Positions 42,584-57,625 of a stretch of 64,000 bases of DNA are shown in pieces. Each line of letters begins with the position of its first letter. The first letter of the stretch is position 1. The position numbers and the translations under genes were made by a program. Source of the DNA: the human T2T-CHM13v2.0 reference genome, Homo sapiens. A model generated the notes under the pieces. The model was not told the DNA's origin and did not search any database. It saw only the letters and a program-made list of their open reading frames with translations. Where the stretch lies: assembly GCF_009914755.1 (NCBI RefSeq), contig NC_060942.1, one strand, 5' to 3'.

Positions 42584-43095
42584 TTATTTCTGTTGACAGT
42601 AATGAAGCCTGCTTCCCTGGTGGTGCCAGTAGAGACCATGTAGGGAGGCTGAATTTCCACCTCAACCTGGCAGTAATGATCTGCCCATCCCTTCTCTACT
42701 AGGGTGATATTAAGGAGGCCTAGTAGAGAGTTAGGTCTTCACCACCACCCATTAGTAATGAGGGCCCCACCATGGTGTCAGTGGAAGACACCAGAGAATC
42801 TTTAGTGAGGCACCCCTACTCCTCCCTTCCAGGCAGATATCAGTGGAGGCCTCATGGGTAGCTGAACCTCCCACCCTTCCCTAACAGTAATAAGGAGCCC
42901 TTACCCCTCAGGTATCAATGGACATTTAAGAGAAACCTAGATGTCTACCCCCACCTGGCAGTAATAACACACCCTCCCCACACACACACACATATTTGCT
43001 TGAGTGGTATGAGAAGAAGTTGGCAAAAAAAGAGGCTTAATGCAATCCAGAGTCTCATAAAGTAAAATTGAAAATGACCAGGTTTCCAATTTTAA

Positions 43096-43421
<326 letters not shown>

Positions 43422-43471
43422 TATATATCTGCACCTGGCCTATATATATGTTTTTTAATTAAAGGACAATT

Positions 43472-43795
<324 letters not shown>

Positions 43796-44374
43796 AAGGA
43801 CAATCAACTGATGTAAACATCAAAATAACAAAGATCTTTGAATTATCTAACAAAATTCTAAAGTAGCCATCTAAGAGTTTTAGAATGCTTCAGTGAGAAA
43901 CTATAAGCTCACTTGAAACTAATAAAATAATAGCCTCGACAAATAAATAGAAGATTGTAAAGATGAACCAAATGAAAATTCTAGAGTTGCAAAATATAAT
44001 AGCTAAAATAAAAACTTAATGGATGGACTCAACACTAGAGTGGAGGAACAGAGAGGAATGAATCAGTGTACTGGGAGATGAAACAATCGTAATTATCCAA
44101 TCAGAATAACACAGAGAAAATAGTCTGGAAGAAAAGAAAGAACAGAGGTGAACAAAGATGCAGCGATCCATGTAATTATAACAAAAGATCTAAGTGCATT
44201 TCATCAGAGTCTTGGAAAGAGAAGAAATAGAATAGGGCTAAAAGGAACTTACAGAAATGATGACTGAAAACTTACAAACTTGGCAAAAGACATACACCTA
44301 TGGATTTAAGAAGCTGAGCAAAGCCCAAACAAGATAACCACCCCCACCCCTAAAAAATGCACACCAAGAAACAT

Positions 44375-44720
44375 TGTATTAGTTCGTTTTCACACTGCTG
44401 ATAAAGACACACCCGAGACTGAGCAATTTATAAAGAAAAAGAGGCTTAATGGACTCACAGTTCCACGTGGCTGGGGAGGCCTCACAATCATGGTGGATGG
44501 TGAAAGGCGTGTCTCATATGGTGGCAGACAAGAGAGAATGAGAGCCAAGCAAAAGGGAAAACCCTTAAAAAACATCAGATCTCATGAGACTTATTCACTA
44601 ACAGGAGAACAGTATGGGGGAAACCGCCTCCTCCCACCGAGTCCCTCCCACAACATGTGGGAATTATGTGAGCTACAATTCAAGATGAGATTTGGGTGGG
44701 GACACAGCCAAACCATATGA
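44375..44720 (-). mobile_element. THE1 (B/C-like) solo LTR in L1 ORF1
   Basis: Runs from tgtattagttcgttttcacactgctgataaagaca to gatttgggtggggacacagccaaaccatat. Confidence 0.93.
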
Positions 44721-47700
44721 TGCATTATAGTAAAACTTCTAAAACTAGACAAAGAAAAAATCTCCAAAGCAGCAATAAAGAAATGACAACTTAACTACAG
44801 GAGAAAACAGTTGGAATGACAGTCGATTTCTCATTAGAAACCACAGAAGCCAGAAGGAAGTAGCACAACATATTTCAAATGTCGAAAGAAAACAGCTGTT
44901 AACCCTGAATACAATATTCAGTGAAAATATCCTCTAGGAATGAAGGGGAAATCAGATGAGGGAAAATGAAGAGATTTACCCTAAAAGAATGACTAAAAGA
45001 AGTTCTACAGACTGAACGAAAATAATAAACCTTGGAACATAGTAGGGGAGAAAAAACACAGTAAGCAAAAATATGGGGTAAATACAAGAGACATTCCTTT
45101 TCTTGAGTTTTCTAAATTATGTTTGATAGCTGAGGCAAAAATTGTAACAATGTCTGGTGTGGTTCTGCATGTATGTAGAGAAAGTATTTAAGACAATCAT
45201 GTTGTAAGTAGGGAGAGTAAAAGGACTTAACCTGGTGAAGTAACAACAGTAGAATGTGATGTTATAATGATATATAATGAAATGCCTAGAGTAACCACTA
45301 AAAAAGCTGTACAAAGAGCTATACTCAAAAACACTATAAATAAATCAAACGAAAAATTTTAAATGTCCCTGTAAGCCATAGAAAGGAAAAGAAAACAGAG
45401 AAATGAAAAACAGAAAGGACAAACAGAAAATAAAAAATATAAAATGGCAGATTTAAGCCCTAACATATCAATTACACTAAATGTGAATGGTCAAAACATA
45501 TCAATTACAAGTCATAGATTTGCCTAGAATGAATGATAAAATTGATCCAACAATGAGCTCTCTGCATGAAACTCACTTTAAGTGTAATGATATAGATGGT
45601 TTGAAAGTAAAATAATGTAAAGTAATATATCATACAAATATTAATCAGAAGAAGTAGGAGTTGGCTATGTTAATATCAGATAAAATAGACACATGCAATT
45701 AAAATGAACAGGAATAAAAAGGTAAATCCACCAAGAAGACACAGCAATCTTAAATGTGCATGCTTCAAACAACAGAGCTGAAAAATTTGTGAGGCTGAAA
45801 AATATGTGAAGCAAAAACTGAAAGGAGAAATAGACAAATCCAACAAAAATTATAGTTGGAAACTTCAATACCTTTCTCTCAACAATTGATAGGACTAGAT
45901 AAATATCAATTGCATAGAATAACTCAACAACAGCATCAACCAACAGGATCTAATTAATATTTACAGAACCCTCCACTCAAAAAAAGCAGAATACATACTC
46001 TTTTCAAAAGCCCACAAAATACATACCAGTGTGGGCCACATCCTGGGCCATAAAACAAACCTCATCAAATTTAACATAACTGTTCTTTGACCACAGTGGA
46101 ACCAAACTAGAAAACAGTGACAGAAGATAACAGGAAAATCTCCAAATACTGGTAAATGAAATTACAGATTTCTAAATAACTCACGACTTAACGAATAAGT
46201 CTTAAGAGAAATTTAAAAAATACATTGGACTGAATGGAAACAAAGTGACAACATATCAAAATTTGCGAGGCACAGCTAAAGCAGTGCTGATATGGAAATT
46301 TATAGTGCTAAATACATATATTAGAAAAAAAGTCTAAAATTGGTAATCTAAGTTCCCACCTCAATAGCTTAGAAAAAGAAGATTAAAATAAATTCAAAAC
46401 AATAATAAGAAATAAAATAATAAATATAAGAACAGAAATCAATGAAATGGAAAACAAAAAATGATAGAGACAATCAATGAAACAAAGGGTTGGTTTTTTG
46501 AAAACAATAATAAAATTGACAAACCTATAGCATGAATGACAAAGAAAAAAGAGAGAGAGAACGCAAATTACTATTATCAGAAATTAAAGAGGGAATATCA
46601 CTACAGACACTGCAGGCATCAAAAGGAGATAATAAGCGATATTATGAGCAACTCTATATACACAAATTTAACAATTTAGATAAAATTCTTCAAAAAATGC
46701 ACCTGCCATTAAGTTCCCCAATAAAAGACAGATAATATGAATAGCCCTATAACTATTGAGAAAATTGAATTTGTAATTAAAGGACTTCCTCACAAAGAAA
46801 TCTCCAGGCCCAGATGGTTTTATTGGAGAATTCTACCAAATGTTTCAGGAAGAATTAACAAGAATTGTATACAAACTTTTACAAAAAAATAGAAGAGGAA
46901 GAGACACTTTCCAATTCATTTTATGAAGCTAGTATTATCCTGATACTCAAATAAGATAAAGACAGTTTGAACAAAACAAAAAAAAAATTACAGAACAATA
47001 ACCCCTAGGAATAAAGTTGCAAAATCATTAAGATAATAGAAAATAGAATTCAGCAATATACAAAAATATTTATGTATCATGATCAAATGAAGTTTATTCT
47101 AAGGATGCAAGGCAGTTTTAAAATTCGAAATGAGACAAGGATGCCCACATCACTACTTCTATTCAATATTTTATATGGAGGTCCTAGTCTGTGAAATAAA
47201 GCAAGAAAAATAAGATAACTTAAGAATTCGAACAAATAAAGTAAAGCTTTAATTGTTTGTGTAAAATGATTGCTAACATAGAAAATCTCAATTTACAAAT
47301 TATTGGAAATAAATGGAGAGTTTAGCAAGATTAACATACAAACAGTTTTAGTTCTATAAACGCACAGCAAGCAACTAGAAAATTAAAGACAAGATATCAC
47401 ATGCAGTGTTGTCAGAGAGAATCACATCTCTAGAAAGAAATCTAACAAAACATGAGCAACATTTGTACAGGAATTATAAATTCTCATTGGCAGATATTGA
47501 CAGAAACCTACACAAATGAAGAGATGTATCATGTTTATCAATAGGAAGAGTATTATTGCAAAGATGGTGTACTCTCTACATTGATTCAATGCAATTCCAA
47601 TAAAGTTCTAAGATGGATTTTTATGAAAAGTAATAAAATCTTTCTAAAATTTATATGAAAGAATGAAAAGCCAAAAGTAGCCATGGCACTCTTGAAGAAC

Positions 47701-48064
47701 AAGCAGAGAGAGGGGAATATGTCCTGCTAGGTGTTAAGGATTATTAGGAAATAATAGGAGATAAGACAGGATTGGTCCCAGCAATAGTGTACCTAAGTTA
47801 ACAGGTACAAGAGTAGATGCCCAGAGGACACCTAACAATGGGACTTTGGAACTTGATAGAAATGGCAAATGAGATAAGCAGAGAAAGGCAAGGATGCCTA
47901 ATAAATGAACCTTGAAAGATTGTTATTCATTTGCAAAAAGGTACTTTATACAAAAATAGCTTCAAATGAATTAAAAACTTAAATTTAAAAATTATAAAAT
48001 TGGAAACCTTAAGAGAAAAAAATAGGTGAATATCTTTTATACCTTGAGATGAAAGATTAATTAA

Positions 48065-48141
48065 CCCATTTTGTGTTTCCCCCGAGAAATGAGCGCTGGC
48101 AACAGGCTGCACTTTTTTTTTTTCTCTAAATGGGAAATGGG
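48065..48141 (+). mobile_element. MER75A piggyBac MITE
   Basis: ttaa|cccattt...cccgagaaatgagcgctggcaacaggctgcacttttt...aaatggg|ttag; CCC...GGG TIRs and a TTAA-type target site. Confidence 0.85.
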
Positions 48142-48603
48142 TTAGACAACACAGAAAACTGATTATAAAATATAAATAACTTTCTGTAAATTAGAGATAA
48201 GAATTTTGTTCACTAAATATACTTTAGTGATAATGAACAAAGTTCAAATTGGGTGAAGATATTTGCAATACACACAACAAATAAGGATTTAATTTGAGGA
48301 ATATGTAACTAAGAGCTACAAATCAATAATACATTTCAAAGAATTGGTAGTAAAATGGGCAAAAGACATGAACAGACATTTTACTGAAAACACTCATGTT
48401 CACTAAATATATAGAAAGAACTTCAACATCATTAGTGATCAGGGAAATGCAAATATCAACATCTTACTTAGATAACATTTTGTATCACTTTCATTGGCAA
48501 AGATAAGTGTGGCAATATCAACTATTGGAGAGGATATAGAATCCTCTATTTACCATTGAAGGGAGTGCAAATCATTTTAACCACTTTAGAAAATAGGTTT
48601 GGT

Positions 48604-48935
<332 letters not shown>

Positions 48936-51376
48936 TTAAAGTTGGACATTTACATTCTTCACTCCTGCGTATTTATGGGACCATATTCAAGAACAACTTT
49001 TGCACATGCACAAAGATACATAGTGCACTCTTCAAACAGCAAAAATAGAAAACAGTCCAATTGTCCATTAACAGGAGAGTGGTTGAATGCACTGTGTTAT
49101 ATTTACAGAATGAAATATATTTTAGTTTATATAAATGAATTATAGTGACATGCAACCATATGGATGAATGTTAGCAATATAGTAAATGAGAAAGCTTACA
49201 AAGTATACTGTAAAAATGACTAAAAGTAAAATATGCTTTTAAGGAATGTATTTTGTTTTGAATTTTGTACTGTGTGTATGTATTATCTATTTTAAAAAGT
49301 GAAAAGTGAAGAGATGCTGCTCCAATAATTACCATAAAAGACTTTGTAAGAGCAGTATTTTGTTCTTTGGATCTCGAACACTGATATAGTGGAGTATGTT
49401 TGTAAAGGTAAAGGAGCCTGCAAGGAAGAAAGGATTGAATATATATATATATAGCAACAATAACTGATGATGGGCAAGTTCAAGTATGTGAAAGGAATAG
49501 ATATAATCAAGACTGAAGGGACCAAAGTGTTGGCCAGCTGCAAGAACAGAAATGGTGTTTCTTCCAAGTTTCTGGAAAATCCATAAGCATAAGTTTAATA
49601 TTTTTGATTCTATGCTTTATTTTTTTAAAATTTATTTTCTTGAGTCTTTTTGGTAATTACTAGAATAATATTTCTGTAATGATTTGAAATACTTATCAAT
49701 TAGGTTAGAATTCATTGTGTGTGTGCTTTGAAACATTTCAGAAATGAAATGATTTTAATATTTAATATTTAAATTTAGTATTTTTAGTGTGAATACTAAT
49801 ACTGAAAAACATGTATGTTTTGATTTTTTTGGGCTTTGTTGTAGTTTTCTCTAATAACCTACCATAAAGAAGATGATGAGTTTAATTGTTTTCTTTTGAT
49901 ATTTTTGCTGTTGTCATTTCCTGCTTAGTTATGTTTTGATAGATTCTCTAACTCTTATCTTTACTGAAGCATTTAAAATGTGGTGTCACTTTTACTAAGG
50001 AGTTATGCCTACAGGCACATATATATAGAATAAGTTAATTGCACACTCAAAAATAATGTAAATTATTTTACCACATATTGTTCATGGGCCATATGTGTTA
50101 AAATGCTGAGAGTAAAAATTGTGGTCATGCTGGAAGTGGAAAATAATCTGCCTATTCCATTCAATGTTGCTCCAGATATTAGAGTATGGAGTTTCGTTGA
50201 GTTCAAGTTGCCTACCAAAAAGATGAAGTAAGTGGGAGGAGCACAGGAGCTTTAGGTTAACCTGTACTCCCCAAAGCACAGCCTAAAGCTGCCTAGATCC
50301 TCCGTCCCATGGCCATTCCTCGTGTGCGACATATCCCTGGATAAGTCTTGCCAGAGAAGGTATATCTGAACAAACTTGCAAGTAGAAAAATTTCATCTTC
50401 TTAACTTTTTGGCACCTAGGATCTACCTCCTAAAGAAACATCCTCTGAAGAAAGAAAAAAAATCTCTTAAATCTAGGAATATGTAAATTTCAATAAGTTT
50501 AAATCATTTTCCCTCTTCCATGTGTCTGTGCATTTTGATACCTGCTATTGTGGAATGAAAAACTTACCTCCCAGATAAAGTTATTCCAAGCAGCAGACAG
50601 CCGCAGCAGGTGGGAGAAATTTGGCAGGAAGAGGAGTTGGGGCGTAGGAGCTTGTATTGTATCCCATAAGCTGATACCACATGCATTATGTCATGGGTGT
50701 CTGGACTCTCACTTGTTTGGGCTCCAGACGCCTACATCTGGGATAGAACTTTTTTCTTTTGGAGGAAGAGAGGGGCAAAAAGTGATATATTTAGTCCCTC
50801 CTCGGCTTTCAGAATGAAATCTAATTAGCCAAAATAGGAATTCTATAAGCAGCTTAAACCCAAATGGGAAAGCCACGCAGAGTGGAAAGCTAGATCAGAT
50901 GAGTACAAAAGATTAAAGAGACATAGTGATGTCCTGTGGGATAAAAATGGCAAAACCAGAAGATTTTACACTTAAGCTGAAAGATGAAATAAGAATAAGA
51001 AAAGGATAAAGGCAAATATCCTTTAAGCAGATTCACATCAAGCAAAACACTCAATCAGGAGGTTGGCAATGAAAGTTACGAAGAACAGTAGAATGTTTTC
51101 ATCTACTGGATACATTTGAATATACAGACTCTGATGTTTCAGGGTAGAAAAGAACTTCACTGAAGGAATACCAGCATCACTATCTTTCTGAGCATTCTTT
51201 GCTTAGAGAATTGATACTGTAAAAATTAATGGAAGACCAACATAATAGTAACATTTAAAAAGATATTGTTATGTAAATAGCAATTTGCATAAAAATGTAA
51301 CACTAAATTTAAACTTTTACTAATACTGCCATATTTCACATTTCCCCTAAAGGCTTTCAATGGAGGAGAAATAGCG

Positions 51377-51411
<35 letters not shown>

Positions 51412-51414
51412 CAC
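51377..51414. repeat. Compound (CT)n(AT)n microsatellite
   Basis: ctctctc...tatatata. Confidence 0.95.
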
Positions 51415-52724
51415 ATGTATATAAAATAGCTATATATTTTATAAAATAATAAAATAGCTATATATATAATTTAATAATATACTGATATATGAGTAGAAGA
51501 ATGAGTACCACCATGTTGAGTATCTTATTTATAGAAATCTCTCTTCTCTGATTTCTGTGTGTGTGTGCACACATGCAAATACATGTTTATATCTTTCACT
51601 GTTTCATATATTAAACATATTACACACACACACATAAATCTTTGGGAAGAGAATGAATATAGCAAGGCAAATCATTAGTAAGAAAAACATTGATCTGGAA
51701 TCTTAAATTCAGCTAAGAAAAATCAAAAAACAAAAACCATTAGCCATAAGATTCTGCCACTCAGCTCAAAGATTTATGATGTGCTTCAAGAAGAAGAAGG
51801 AGGCCACTAAGCACCTTCAAAAGGTGATAGAAGTAAAATTGAACTGTAGTGGGTTTTGAGCTACAGACCAAGCAGATCTTTAACAATGCCTATGCATAGG
51901 GTATAAGAATTGCACCTGCTAGGTCACATGGGTCATCCATGCACCTGGAACTACCACCACCTCTGATGGATGGACACTAGCACTCTCTTTGAAAAATGCA
52001 CACATACATGCCATTTTCCTTTTTTCTTCTCCTTATGGCCTATCCTGAATATTGGGATTCCCACTCACTGTTCTCCTGCCCCACCTTTACGAGCCCTCCT
52101 GCTCCCCCACTTTCTGCTGAGAGCCAGTGGGGAGGGGAGATCTCATAAGAGACATGCACATTGTGATCAGAGAGAAGTATCAGCACCCAGCAGCACTCCT
52201 CACTCTAATCCCCTCCCTCCAACTGCTGCCGCTGTCCTTGTCCGGAGCTGGTCTCACAGGTGCCATCACTGCTTCCTCTCTGCACCTGGTGCACACTTGT
52301 AGAGTCGAGTCATGAGTTTGGTTGCTCTTCTGAGATGTAGGAGAATCTCACACCAGTCTTTCTTGCTCAGCATTACTACCGTGTGTATGCACAGTCTTTC
52401 TATCTCTCAGGGATCTCAGTAAAAAGAAATGAGGCAGGAAGGACAATGACTTGAGAGCTATTCTCTCCCTTTGAATCAGCCAGGGCTCAGTGCATGGGAC
52501 AGAAACTAACCCACCACAGGGCTACAGCTCCTCAGGCCACCACTAGAGCTAGGCTGGAAGCAAGAAGCCACCTCTTCATCTTCAATGGCCCCTCATACCT
52601 GGGAAGCTGGAGAGTGGCCCCCAAATCAGTGACATAGAAATTAGAAACCACTACTGATGGTTTCCTTGCTCAATTTTTGTATTTCCCCACCTTCTTTGGT
52701 TGTGCGACTTTAAGCACCTTTCTG

Positions 52725-53410
52725 TGGGGTGAGTATACTTCCCTACCCAAATGGCATCAGGCTTGGCCATATGATTTATTTTAGCCATTGAAATATGAGT
52801 GTAAATGGCAATACAGGTTGAGCAACCCTAATCTGAAAATCCAAAATCCAAAATGTTTCAAAATCCCAAACTTTTTGAGTGCTGATATGACATCACAAGT
52901 GGAAAATTCCATACCTGACACCTTTGCCTTATGGCGATTCAATGTACACAAACTTTAGTTCATGCAGAAAATTATTTAAAATATTTTATAAAATTAAACT
53001 CAGGCTATCAGTTTAAATGTATATGAAACATAAATAAATTTCATGTTTAGATTTGGATCCCATTTCCAAGATATCTGATTACATATATTAAAATATTCTA
53101 AAATCCAATAACATTCAAAATCTGAAACACACCTGGTCTCAAGAATTTCAGATAAGGGATACTCAACCATGATGCCACACCCACACAGAAGTTTTAAGAG
53201 CATTACTTGCTTTAGCTCTTTGTCTTCATCCTCTGCCATGCCAGTTGCATGTCTAATAGTGGCTGTGTTTTAACCACGTCCTGAAATGTAGGCAGGTAGG
53301 AAGGAACTGCAGTTCTGTACCCAGCCTACTCCTGACATGTGATGTGAACTAGAAATTAACCTTTATGTTTGTAAGCCACTAAATATTTGGTATTGTTTAT
53401 TACTGAGGTT
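52725..53410 (+). mobile_element. MLT1 (I/J-like) LTR relic split by Tigger4
   Basis: ggcttggccatatgatttattttagcca; aaattaacctttatgtttgtaagccact. Confidence 0.65.
52814..53170. mobile_element. Tigger4b/MER46-type TcMar MITE
   Basis: TIRs ta|caggttgagcaaccctaatctgaaaat ... ttcagataagggatactcaacc. Confidence 0.9.
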
Positions 53411-54334
53411 GCTTTTGGTACCTTGAGAGTGGGTCCTGGATGAAGTGAGATTTTTTTTTAAACTTTGGGGGAAATAATAGAAATTTAGAAAACTATTCTT
53501 TCAAAACATACTGTATTGTAAAAAGGGGAGAAATAAACACAGCTTTTAACAAGAATATTTTTTAATGATGATTTTCAAAGATTTTTGGTAGCAAAATCTT
53601 TTACTCAAATAGAGACACTTGAGGACGAAAGGCATGTTCCTTCATGAAGAGGGTGGCCTATTCTGCTGTCAATCATCCTTTAAAGAGTGAGATTCTACAA
53701 CAGGAAGTAAACGTTTGGAAGAACGATGATCAGAGCACTCCTTCTCTCTTGGCCTAGACTCTACAGAGTCCAGGCATACTCAAGAATATTTCCAGTCTCA
53801 TGAGTCATGCCAGCAGCCAGGCTGAGAGGCAACTTGCAGCCTGGAGATCCTATAAGGATGACCTGGGGGCTATGGGTTCTGAGAGTGATCAAAAAGAATA
53901 GTTAGTTCTCACTCACTTTCTGTGTGCTGTTCTCCTTTCTTTTCCTGAAATCTTTAGCTAAGTCTTGTGAGCCTCATCTCACTGGTGCGGTCGAAGAAAA
54001 TTAAGGGTAACAAAGGAAATGGAAGTTCTAAAAACGATCTGAGATGGGTGGAACGAGGTCTTGGGGAGGGATTTAGGTTGGCTGTGTGTTTCCAGGCATG
54101 TGGAGGCACAGGCTGCATCTTGGACAGACGAAAGAACACAGAAGATACCAACCACCTCTCATTCCGGGAAATTCTCTTTGACATACTGGAAAGAATAAGG
54201 AAACTTGAAAGTGGATGGAGGGCTGCCTGTTGGGCAGGAGGGGTACTGTGTTGTTGAAATGTAGATGAGCAGATATTTTGATAAGTTCTTCCATTTGTAT
54301 CTCCAAGTTGATGAAGGTTGAGGATATAGCAGAA

Positions 54335-54718
54335 TGAATTATTGGCCCTAGTACTTCACCCATGCCTCTATGTTTTGTCATATAAACATAAATGTCCTTC
54401 CCACAAAAGGTATAGTGTATTTATGCACCACTTGAATTTGGGCTTGGTCCTGTGACCTGCTTTGGCCCATGAGATGGTAATGCCAGTGACACAACAGGGG
54501 GTTGGAATGTGCTTGGACAGCCGGGCTTGCCCTTTTGAATTTTTGTTGTCCCATGAGAGGAACATGCCTGGGCTGGCCTGTTGGTCTGAGGAGGAGGATG
54601 AGAGAGGTGTGGAGCAGGGCTACCCCACTTACTGACTGAACAACAGAAAATAAATACTTGTTGATACCACTCAGATGTTGAGGTTGATTATTATGTAGCA
54701 ATAGTTGACTAATACTGA
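54335..54718 (+). mobile_element. MLT1H-like MaLR LTR
   Basis: ttgaatttgggcttggtcctgtgacctgctttggcc; aataaatacttgttgataccact; ttatgtagcaatagttgactaata. Confidence 0.75.
54560..54579. promoter_or_regulatory. Candidate p53-family response element
   Basis: GAACATGCCT GGGCTGGCCT matches RRRCWWGYYY x2 at 19/20 with no spacer. Motif only; no binding data. Confidence 0.45.
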
Positions 54719-55367
54719 CAGATACTTGAATTATAATTCAAAAGTTCAGCAGTTGCTTTAGGGATGAAGAATGGGATAAAGACAGAAAACTGTTCTTTTT
54801 CTCAATAGACTGAAAGGGAGATGTCTCTGCGGGGAGTAACAGGTGGTTCAAGAGGAGAGGGATGAAGGCAGCCCACTCCCTGTGATAACCTTGAAGAAGA
54901 GAAAGGCAGAAGTTTTCCCAGATTTTATACATCTTGGAGACTAGCGCCTTCATGGATGAAGTGTCATCCCTGTAATTTTCCACGGATGAGTCAAGTCGAA
55001 GTGAACAAAACTGCAGATTTGAAGAGAAAAGGAAAGAAAAAAGGCTGACAGGAGGAGAACCACAATCCTAACGATTTCACTGCTATAGCCTTAAGACTGG
55101 AGAGGAAAGGTTTCTGGGCAAATAGAAACCTGGGGGAGGTACCTCAAAATACCCCCATCCCCCAGATCCTTATATTTCTTTTCATCTGATAACCCATCCA
55201 ATTGCAAAAATCATTTGCTACCTTGCTGAATTTTTGCTCATTAACTATTATGTATTCTCTTAGAGGCAGATTGGGCATTCATATGAACCACACTGGGCAA
55301 ATGGCATCGGGGTCAGGGGTGGTTGGGGTAAGGGAGAAGCAGTGCTTTTCTATGGTGTGGCCCTCTT

Positions 55368-55709
<342 letters not shown>

Positions 55710-57224
55710 TTAAACCCACAACTGAGGGATTCGTGTGAAGATCACAACAGACGAGTGATGGAGACCTCCCTTCTGCTCCCCTCTAAAGCCAAAGCATCGA
55801 AGTGAACAAAAGGGGTGATATGAAGCAAGTGAAACTCAAAGATGAGTTCCAAGAACAGAAATAATTTGATATTTTCTATAGACAAGGCATCACTGTTTTG
55901 AAAGCTGATGCCATTGTTGCAGAAAAATAAATTAGCACCTGCTTTATTTCTCCAAATGAATTAATCCCAACTAAGATCACATACAAAAGTGTTGAATGCA
56001 CTATTAGGCACTGAAAATTTCACATTCAGAAAATATATATTTAGAGGGTTTTTGTAATAGATTTATTTCAAAGTATGATTTTGAATAAAATAAATTATTT
56101 TATTTGTTGTATGATATTCCAAATTGCTTGAGTAAGAAAAGGAAAAGAGAAATCTGAGATAATGAGATTTTTTTCTTAAAAAAGGCAGATGTGCCAGAGT
56201 TTGTACATTAAAATGTATAATCTGGGGGTATTTTCCAAAGTAATCTCTTAGGGAGGTTACACACTTATTTAGGTCAAACAACTTGACTCAAAATACTAAA
56301 TACTCTTCCCATGTAGAAATGCTTTCAGGGCTTGCAGCTCATCATTATGAATATCCTTAATGATGGCATATGTTTAATTTTAAGGATGAATTTCATTTCT
56401 GAAAGTAGCTATCAGTTATTTTGAGTCAAGTTTTTGGGTGACCCAAAATAAAAGTTTTAGGCTGAGTTCCCGCATACGTTTAACATATTGTCTCAGATGC
56501 GTCTGTGGAATGAGTGACTACTCCCAGGGAGACTGACTTCATATGTTGATATATTGGATAAAATGAAATGAGTCTCACTGTGTAGTCACACTTTGTATCT
56601 GAATCAAAGGAGATCAATGATCATTTATGCAGCTTTTCACTTCTGGGCTTTCATTTTTCTTCTTTGAGTTCAATATGATACATCATTGCCCATCCTATCT
56701 TCAAGAAGAAAGCTAGTGATTAGGATGCAAGGTAAAAGGAGAATGAGTTGCTCATCTCTTGGTTGGTAGGAAAGGGAAGAAGCTGGCACTATGTGGACTA
56801 GGGGACTGGGAGAACTGACCTGGGAGTAGGCTTGACCCTGAATTATCTAGAATAGAGCCCAATTCTCATTTTCCAAAGGGACAGTAAATTAAGGCTTGGG
56901 TTCAGCAAGAATTGGTTTCCAAGGATAGTTTCAATGTGTTGGTGGGGTCAGGCAGTGGGGGGAAGACCACAGCAGAAAATCCACAGGAGAGCAGGGAGAA
57001 GTATAGGAAGGAGGATTCACCCCCCACAATTAGACATTAGACTGACCTGCAGAGGAAACACGCATATTGATTGGGTGGGGAAGCCAACATGGAAGCGCCA
57101 AGGAGAATGGAACAATATGGCTGGAGGAGGAAGAAGGTTTGCCTTAAGGCCCAGATTTCATCTGGGTCCATTTAATCCTGGGTCTTTGGCAGCTGAAGAA
57201 CTTTCAGATTCGACCATCAGACAT

Positions 57225-57625
57225 TTTTTTGAGCTCTCTTTATACACTAAACACTGTTCTCATCACTGAGGATACAAAAATGAGTGAGCCCCTAGACTAA
57301 AAATCTATTTCAAAGGGAAACAGTTAAGTATTTACTAACTGGACCATATTGCAATTCAGTGTTTTATTAAAGGGCAGAGCAGAGTAGAGGAGTCTCTCTC
57401 AGGCTGGGCATGCAGTTGAGGGTGAGGGAAGAAATCCCCAAAGCTATGACAGCTAACCAAAGTCCTGAAATACTGAAGAGGAGTTATCCAGGAAAAGAAG
57501 TGGAGGAGAGGTGTTTTAGAGAGCACGTGCCAAAAATGGAAGGTGTGAGAACGTGGTGTATTCTCGGAATTCAATGCAAATAGTTTAGTATAACTTGGGG
57601 GTGGAATGAAGTGGGGAATGATGCT
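57225..57625 (-). mobile_element. L2 fragment
   Basis: cactgaggatacaaaaatgag; tactgaagaggagttatccagg. Confidence 0.65.
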
